A stretch of DNA of 64,000 nt from the human T2T-CHM13v2.0 reference genome, Homo sapiens: the NCBI RefSeq assembly GCF_009914755.1, contig NC_060947.1; one strand, written 5' to 3'. Shown piece after piece: positions 40,974 to 64,000 of this stretch; within the stretch, counting starts at the first letter, position 1, and every line of letters starts with the position of its first letter. The notes beneath the pieces were generated by a model, which worked only from the letters and a program-made list of their open reading frames with translations, did not search any database and was not told the DNA's origin. Position numbers and translations under genes: made by a program.

Positions 40974-42346
40974 AAAGCACACATACATGTCAGGGGGGTG
41001 GGAAACAAAAGAGCAAGTTACAGCCCGGGATCCCAAGTTATGCCTTCCATTACAATTGCAATCCACACCAAATCAATCTTTGAAAACATTCCTCCATTCG
41101 GTTCATACATACAGTAGAAACCACTGTGGCTGCCCTTAATCCAGTGTGCTTATAGGAAATCAGTTAGCAGCTGACTCTGTTGAAAGGGATTTCCTCTCTG
41201 CTATACACTCCTTCCACACACAACTTTGGGTAGAAACGCTTATGAGAATAGAAAGGTCAGTTTGATCAATGAGTACCAGAAGATGAAACTTAGCTCACTA
41301 GACCCTTCTTTGAAAAGCCTCAACACACTACACCCATGTAATATGTAGGTCAAATTTAGGAAACAATAGCAAAAACAGGAACTGAAAGCTCATCAAGCAG
41401 GAAGTCAGAATAACAGGGAGACTCTGTCTACATTCCCTTAGAGCCCTTAACAGTCCCCAGCCTGGAGAAACACTGGGCCAATTGAGATAACACTTGGCTC
41501 TTCTGGTTGACACAGTGGGATGTAGACCATGCTCTGTTTGATAACACACCCCAGACGCAAACACTAAGACAGATGTGGTACATGAGGATGAATATATCTC
41601 ATCTTTCATTCGAGAAATGAGGAGCTCTCTCTCCAATGACTGCAGTATCAGTTTAAAATGCAGAAAATTCAGCATGGGCTGTGAGACACTTTACCCTCAG
41701 TCACTCTGGTCCTCTGAGATCAGCTAGAAGCTCTCACTGGGCATCCTCGTGATTTAGTCAAAATACATTATCTAATTAAAGTGCTTTTCAAAAGCAGCTC
41801 CATTATAAGAGTCCCCCAAAGGTCTAGTAAAGATATCTAGAACTGGAAAAAGCTTGGGAATTCTGTTAGCATTTCAAAGAAAAGCATTAGACCAAAGCAA
41901 GGTGGAAACTGCTTAAAAACTAGAAAAGTTAAATTTAAAAGCCAAGTTCCAGAAGTTTATCCAGGTAGAAAATAAGTTAAAAGCATAAATTGGAGAGGAG
42001 AAAGAGGAAGGAACTACTCACCTCTCCCCAACATTCCTGTCTTTACTAACCAACCCTGCTTCCCAGAGCCTTAAAACCCAGACTGGTCCTAATGCGAAAG
42101 GTAGCCAGGGCTTCCTAGGGAAGTAGGAACAATGATAGCAAGACAGAAGATAAAAAGTTGTTTTAAAAGCTGTTTTTAAGTTAAGTGAACCTTATAAAGA
42201 CATAAGAAAAAATGGACTCTGAAAATAAACTAGATTATACACAGAAACATTTTAAAGAAATGCTTATTCTTGAGACTGCTTTAAAAAGAAGAACAAGTCT
42301 GCATCACTCTAGCCAGCATAATGAGATTTGCAGAAAATACATGTTT

Positions 42347-42348
<2 letters not shown>

Positions 42349-42386
<38 letters not shown>

Positions 42387-42402
42387 ACATACACACATAC
42401 AC
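42349..42402. repeat. (CA)n microsatellite in the SYTL4 3' UTR
   Basis: Seen directly. Confidence 0.95.
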
Positions 42403-42488
42403 ATTAAATTATAAATCTTTGCTCTTGATTTCTTCACTTCCTCTGACCTGCCCTCGCCAGGGCTGGACCTGCAGAAGAGGACAGGGAC

Positions 42489-57670
<15,182 letters not shown>

Positions 57671-57818
57671 CTAGAATAAAAACCAAGAGCCAATATTGAA
57701 AGGAAGCAGGTTCTCCTGCCTCTAGTCAGGCCTCTTTCCAATCCATTCACAATCGTAGCCTGAGTGATCTTTCTAAAATAAATATGAGTATACTTTAAAC
57801 ATATAATAAATTAATTAA

Positions 57819-58298
<480 letters not shown>

Positions 58299-59389
58299 CT
58301 CAGTATACTTTTAAAACTCTTCAGTGGTTCCCCATTGCTGTTGGGATTTAGCTGAAACTCCTTAGCATGGCAAGAAATCCTCATGATTTGGCCCCTGCTC
58401 ACCCTCTCCAGTCTCATTTTTCACCCCCTACTCCTCCTTCAAGCTTTATATTTTAGAAAGACAAAGTTATTTTGTTTCTCTGAATATCCTGAAGCTCTCC
58501 ATCTTCCCTCTTTTATCTGCCTAAGATATTCTTTTCACAATGGCCACTTTTCTTCACCTGCCTCAATCTACTCCTGCTTCAGGTCTCTCCTTATATGTCA
58601 ATTCCTCCAGATCTCTCTGGCCATGCCCCCACCCTAAGTCTCGATTAGTAACCTTCCTCTGTGCTCCCATAGCATCCTGATTTCCTAGTAACAGTCACCA
58701 CATATGTAACTATTTATGTATTTTAAACAAATTATTTATTTGGTTCAATAATTTAAACAAATTATTTAATGTCTTTCTCCTCCATTCGACAAAGTTCCAT
58801 AAGATCAGTGACCACGTATCTTATTTACTGATGTGTTCTCAGTGCCTTGAAGAGAGACTAGCATAGAGTATGCACTCAAGTATTTTTATTGACTGAATTA
58901 TTGAATAAATGCCCTCAGTGGGACTGAGATATATCCATAAATAAGCAGTATGTCTAGAAGACAGTATTCAGGTGACCAGAATTCTTTTTTTTAGCTTAAT
59001 CGCCTTAATGAAGGATGACTCTGGGCATTCAAAATACCAGTTCTCATCTTTCAAGGGAAGGATACGGTTCCTCGGCCCCTTACCTCAAAGAATTAGTGAG
59101 AGCAGCAGGAAAAGGGGGAAAAAACATCGATTCTTCCTCAAATATCTCAAATAACTTCCCTTGGCTCCCCGGACACCACACTCTCCTGGTTTCCTCCTCC
59201 AACCTCACTGGCTGCTGCTTCTCAGTCTCCTTTGCTAGTCCTTCCTCCTCCCGTAGACCTCTAATATTTAGATTATGTCCAAACTTCTTCCTCGGGCTGC
59301 TCCTCCTCTCTATCTAGAATTATCCCTAAATGATCTCATCTAGTCTCATGGCTTTAAATATCCTCAATAAACTAATAACTCAAATATAT

Positions 59390-59868
<479 letters not shown>

Positions 59869-60107
59869 TAAGAATCATCGGTTACTCCTCTTTTTCTCAC
59901 AATACAAATCAAATCTGTCAGCAAATCCTCTTCAATGTATACCTAGACTCTGATACGTTCTCATTGCCTCCACTGCCATTACTCTGGTCCAAACCACCAT
60001 CATGTAGCTCTTGGATGGTTGCAGTAGCCTCCTAACTAATCCTGCTTCTTCCCTTGGCTTTGACTTTCCCTCAACAGCCAAAATGAGCTTTTAAAATGTA
60101 AATCAGG

Positions 60108-60668
60108 GATAGAACTATCATATGACCCAGCAATTCCATTCCTGGGTACCTACCCAACAGAACTAAACAATATATGTCCACACAAAAATGTTACATGAAT
60201 GTTCATAGCAGCATTATTCCTAATAGCCAAAAGATGAAAACATCCTAAATGTCCATCAATGCATGATTAGACAAATGAAATGTGGTATATTCATATAATG
60301 GATTATTCATCAATAAAAGACAATGAAATTCTGATACATGCTGCAACATGGATGAACTTTGAAATCATTATGCTAATTGAAATAAGCCAAACACAAAAGG
60401 CCACATATTGCATGACTGCATTTATATGAAATGTCTAGATTAGGCAAATCCATCAAGACAGAAAGCATATTAGGGGCTGGGGTAAATGGAGGTGGCTACT
60501 TAATGGCTATCGGGTTTCTATTTGGGATGGTGAAAATGTTCTGAAATTAGATAGTGGTGATCTAATTTCACAACATTCTGAAAGTACTAACAATCACAGA
60601 ACTTTATACTTTAAAATTGATTAAAATGATTTTATGTTATGTCAACTTTACCTCCATTTTTAAAAAGA
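60108..60668 (+). mobile_element. Old L1 (L1MB-like) 3' end
   Basis: ATATGACCCAGCAATTCCA...AATGTTCATAGCAGCATTATTC...ACATGGATGAAC. Confidence 0.85.
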
Positions 60669-62144
60669 AGACAAAATAAGGCTGTGCCCCTCAGAGCCAT
60701 CCTTCTTACTTGGAGTAAAAGACAGAATGCTTACAAGTGCCACCAAAGTCTTAACATGATCTGCTTCTCATCCCATCTCTGTCCTCAACTCCTTCCTCAG
60801 CCTCCCTTGCTCACTCAGTTTCAGATTACTCAAAAGTGCCAAACAAAATCTCACCCTAGGGTCTTTATACCTCCTTCTTTCTCTATCTACATGCTCTTCC
60901 CCCAGATACCCTAAGGGTTTGCTCCCTCATTTTTTTCATATCTTTGCTCAAACGTTACCCTGTTGTTAAGACTTGCCCTGGCTATCCTAAACAGTATATG
61001 TACACACATTCATTCCTGGCACTCCCTATACCTTTGGTCTACTTCATTTTCTCCACAGCACCTGTCAACATCTGATATACCATACATTTACTTGACTATC
61101 TTTTTATCTCCCACCCCGGAAATCTAAGCCCCACAAACAAGAGGCCTTGTATTCACCAGTGTATCTCAGGGTCTAAAACAATGCCTGGCACATAGTAGGC
61201 ATTCATAGATATTTGTCAAACAAACAAACTAATAGATGCACAAAGAATGAGGTAACCAAAATCTATAATGTCTTAGCCAGTAAAGAATAAACTCTCCAAG
61301 TTGTCACATGATGTTTGACAGTTCTGTGAAAACAGACAGCAGGGCTGAAATCCTAGTACTTACAAGAGGTGAAATGTCAGTCATTCCTTGAAAGATGTAT
61401 TACTTGTATAGCACAAGACATAGCAGGGGGGCTTGATTTCATTTTTTACTTTAGAATTGTCCTTTTTCCCCTTTTGTCCCCACCCCCACCCCCGCCAAAA
61501 AAACCCAAGCAGAACCATTCCTCCAGAGAGGTAGTTTTAACAATGGTCCATGGAGAGTGGTTTTTCCTTTTTTTCCTAAAGATTAATACATACCAATCCA
61601 CAGCTAATACAAACAACCCAAGGGCAGAAAAGCAATTATTTGACATCTGTGCAGTAAAAAATAGACTAAGAGATGGGAGCCCTGGGCTCTAACTATCTGT
61701 ATGATCTCAGGTAAATCACTTATCCTGCTTTCTTTTCTGCAAAAATAGGGTGGTTGAATTAAATTATCTCTGAGGCTCCATAATTTCATGGGAAAGATCA
61801 TTTATGGTCACTTAATCTGTTTTCATGTTTAGGATAAATAAGAGTCTTCTGGGTCCAATGAGACAAGAGATCACAGACAACCAGAAGCAATAGGTTTCAG
61901 AAATTACATTCTGACTGATGATGTCAGATGTGTTAATCAGGTTCAGCAAATAAAAGCCATTCTTATCCTTAATCCACAAAGAAAAAAGGGGGCCTCATCA
62001 CCTGGAACGGATGAGTCACCCACCCAAGGCTGTGTAGATAAAAATCACAGTCCATATATACAATGAAACATCATACAGATGTCAAAAGAATGAAACAGAT
62101 CCTTGGTGCTGACACAGAAAGATGTTCATGTTATATCCTTCTAC

Positions 62145-63075
62145 AATTTTTTTCTTTTACGCTTTGAGTAATAACTGACATAAATAAGCTGCACATGTTC
62201 AAGTGTGCAACGTGACATTTTGACAAATGTAGACATCTGCGAAACTATCACCACAATTAAGTTAATGAACATATCTTTCACTCCCAAAGGTTTCCTCCTG
62301 CCCCATTCTAATCCCTCCTGCCCTTCCTGTAAGTGTTGATCTGCTTTCTGTCACTGCTTTCTAGTTTGTATTTTCTAGTTTTTATACAAACAGAACCATA
62401 CAGTATGTACTCTTTACTGCTTGGCTTCTTTCACTCAGCATGATTATTTTGAGATTCATTCATGTTATTGCGTGTATCAATAGTTCATTTCTTTCCATTG
62501 CTGAGTAGTATTCCACCGTATAAACAAATCAGTTTATCCATTCACCTGCTGATGAGCATTTGGGTTATTTCCAGGGTTGGGCTATTACAAATAAAGCTGC
62601 TATGAACATTCACGTAGAAGTCTTTGTACAAACATACGTTTTCCCTTCTCTTGAGTAAGTACCCAGGAATGAAATGACTTAATCACAAGGTAGGTGCACA
62701 ATGAACTTTTTAAAATACTGCTAAACTGCTTTTCAAAGTAGCTATGCCATTGTACATTCCCACCAGCAGTGTATAAGAATGCTAGTTGTTTATAATAGCA
62801 AGGAGGAAATGTAGAAAAGAAAATTTTTTTTAAATCCAGTTGTTTTACATCCTCACCAACAATTGGCATGGTCAGTCTTTTTAATTTTAGTCATTCTAAT
62901 GGGTATGTAGTAGTATCTTATTGTGATTTTTAGGTCAAATTTATTTAATGACTAAAGATGTTGAGCACCTTTTCATGTGCTTATCTGACATCTCTATATT
63001 GTCTTTGGTGAAATGTCTGTTCAAATTTTTTGTGCATTTTCTATGGGATTGTCTGTATTATTGAGTTTTTAAAGT
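62145..63075 (-). mobile_element. Old L1 (L1M) 3' fragment
   Basis: AAATAAAGCTGCTATGAACATT, TACATTCCCACCAGCAGTGTAT, GATGTTGAGCACCTTTTCATGTGC. Confidence 0.82.
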
Positions 63076-64000
63076 TCTTTTTCTTTCACTTTTTTTCACT
63101 TAACATGTTTATAGTATCATCCTTTAAAGAAAAAGAAATTAAAAACTTAGGAACCCAACCCATATATGTATATTTAGACAGCTTGGTAGTCCATATGCCA
63201 AAACTATTCACAACTATTAACGATAATTATCTGGGGAAGAAGCAGTGAGGTTACTGGAGGACTTACTTTATACATTTCTATGCTGTTTTTCAACAATCAT
63301 ATGAAACATGATAAAGTCATTTCCCTTTGGGTGAGTGAAAGTTAGGGGAAAAAAAAACCACACACACACCATACAAAAGCTAAAAATTCACCGCCACAAC
63401 CAAATGAGTCAAAAATAAAGCCTCAAGTCACAGATTTCAAAAATCGCACCTAAGAAAACAGAAGATTTAATTCAGCAAAGCTCCTTAACTAATCCTTTCC
63501 AATGTAGCAATTTGCAGATTAAGTGAGTGAGTAGTCAAGAAAAACAGAAGTCCTCAAGATTTATAGCCCCAGGTACCACTGTAGAACCTCAACAGAGACA
63601 GACAAGACTGATGCAAAATGTCATCTCCCAGGGCACTGGTATGAGCTAGGGGATTAACCCAGATCTGGGACAGGTAAGCCCTGAACCAGGACATTTAAGA
63701 GAATTTCATGAGACCAAAACTCAGGACTCCAAGTTGCCTTCTGCACCTACCCCTTCAGGTTACAAGGAAAGAAATATAAAAAGCAATATTCAGTCCTTAA
63801 ACTAAAGTACAGCTGGGAATGGGGAAAAGATAAATTGTTTCAAGTTAAGGTGAGAAGAACTCACATATGCTATATCAGAGGAAACAAAAGATACAGACAA
63901 AACTTCCCATATTAAAGTTCAGTAAAATGAAATAATAGTCTGGCAGATATATAAATAGCCATGAAGTGGAGAGAAATGAAAACAATTTGCAAGATGGATG

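Overview
Human (or very closely related primate) genomic DNA, recognisable from the encoded proteins as the Xq22.1 TSPAN6-SRPX2-SYTL4 locus. It contains (i) the 5' part of TSPAN6 on the minus strand: coding exons 1-4, a CpG-island promoter and alternative upstream exons; (ii) the complete SRPX2 gene on the plus strand: a non-coding exon 1 and ten coding exons summing to 1398 nt (465 aa); and (iii) the last twelve coding exons of SYTL4/granuphilin on the minus strand, convergent with SRPX2. All exons I traced have GT-AG boundaries and consistent phases. Much of the rest is interspersed repeat: about 22 Alus, plus L1, L2, MIR and CR1/L3 fragments. Nearly all ORFs in the supplied track are spurious. 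I found no new protein-coding system. The most interesting unexplained signals are a ~160-bp diverged duplicated cassette in SRPX2 intron 3 carrying an identical 22-bp CTCF-like core, an alternative reading frame in the SYTL4 last exon resembling rodent granuphilin-b, four uORFs in the SRPX2 leader, an internally deleted Alu with intact TSDs, and clusters of regulatory motifs. Repeat subfamily calls and boundaries are by eye and approximate.
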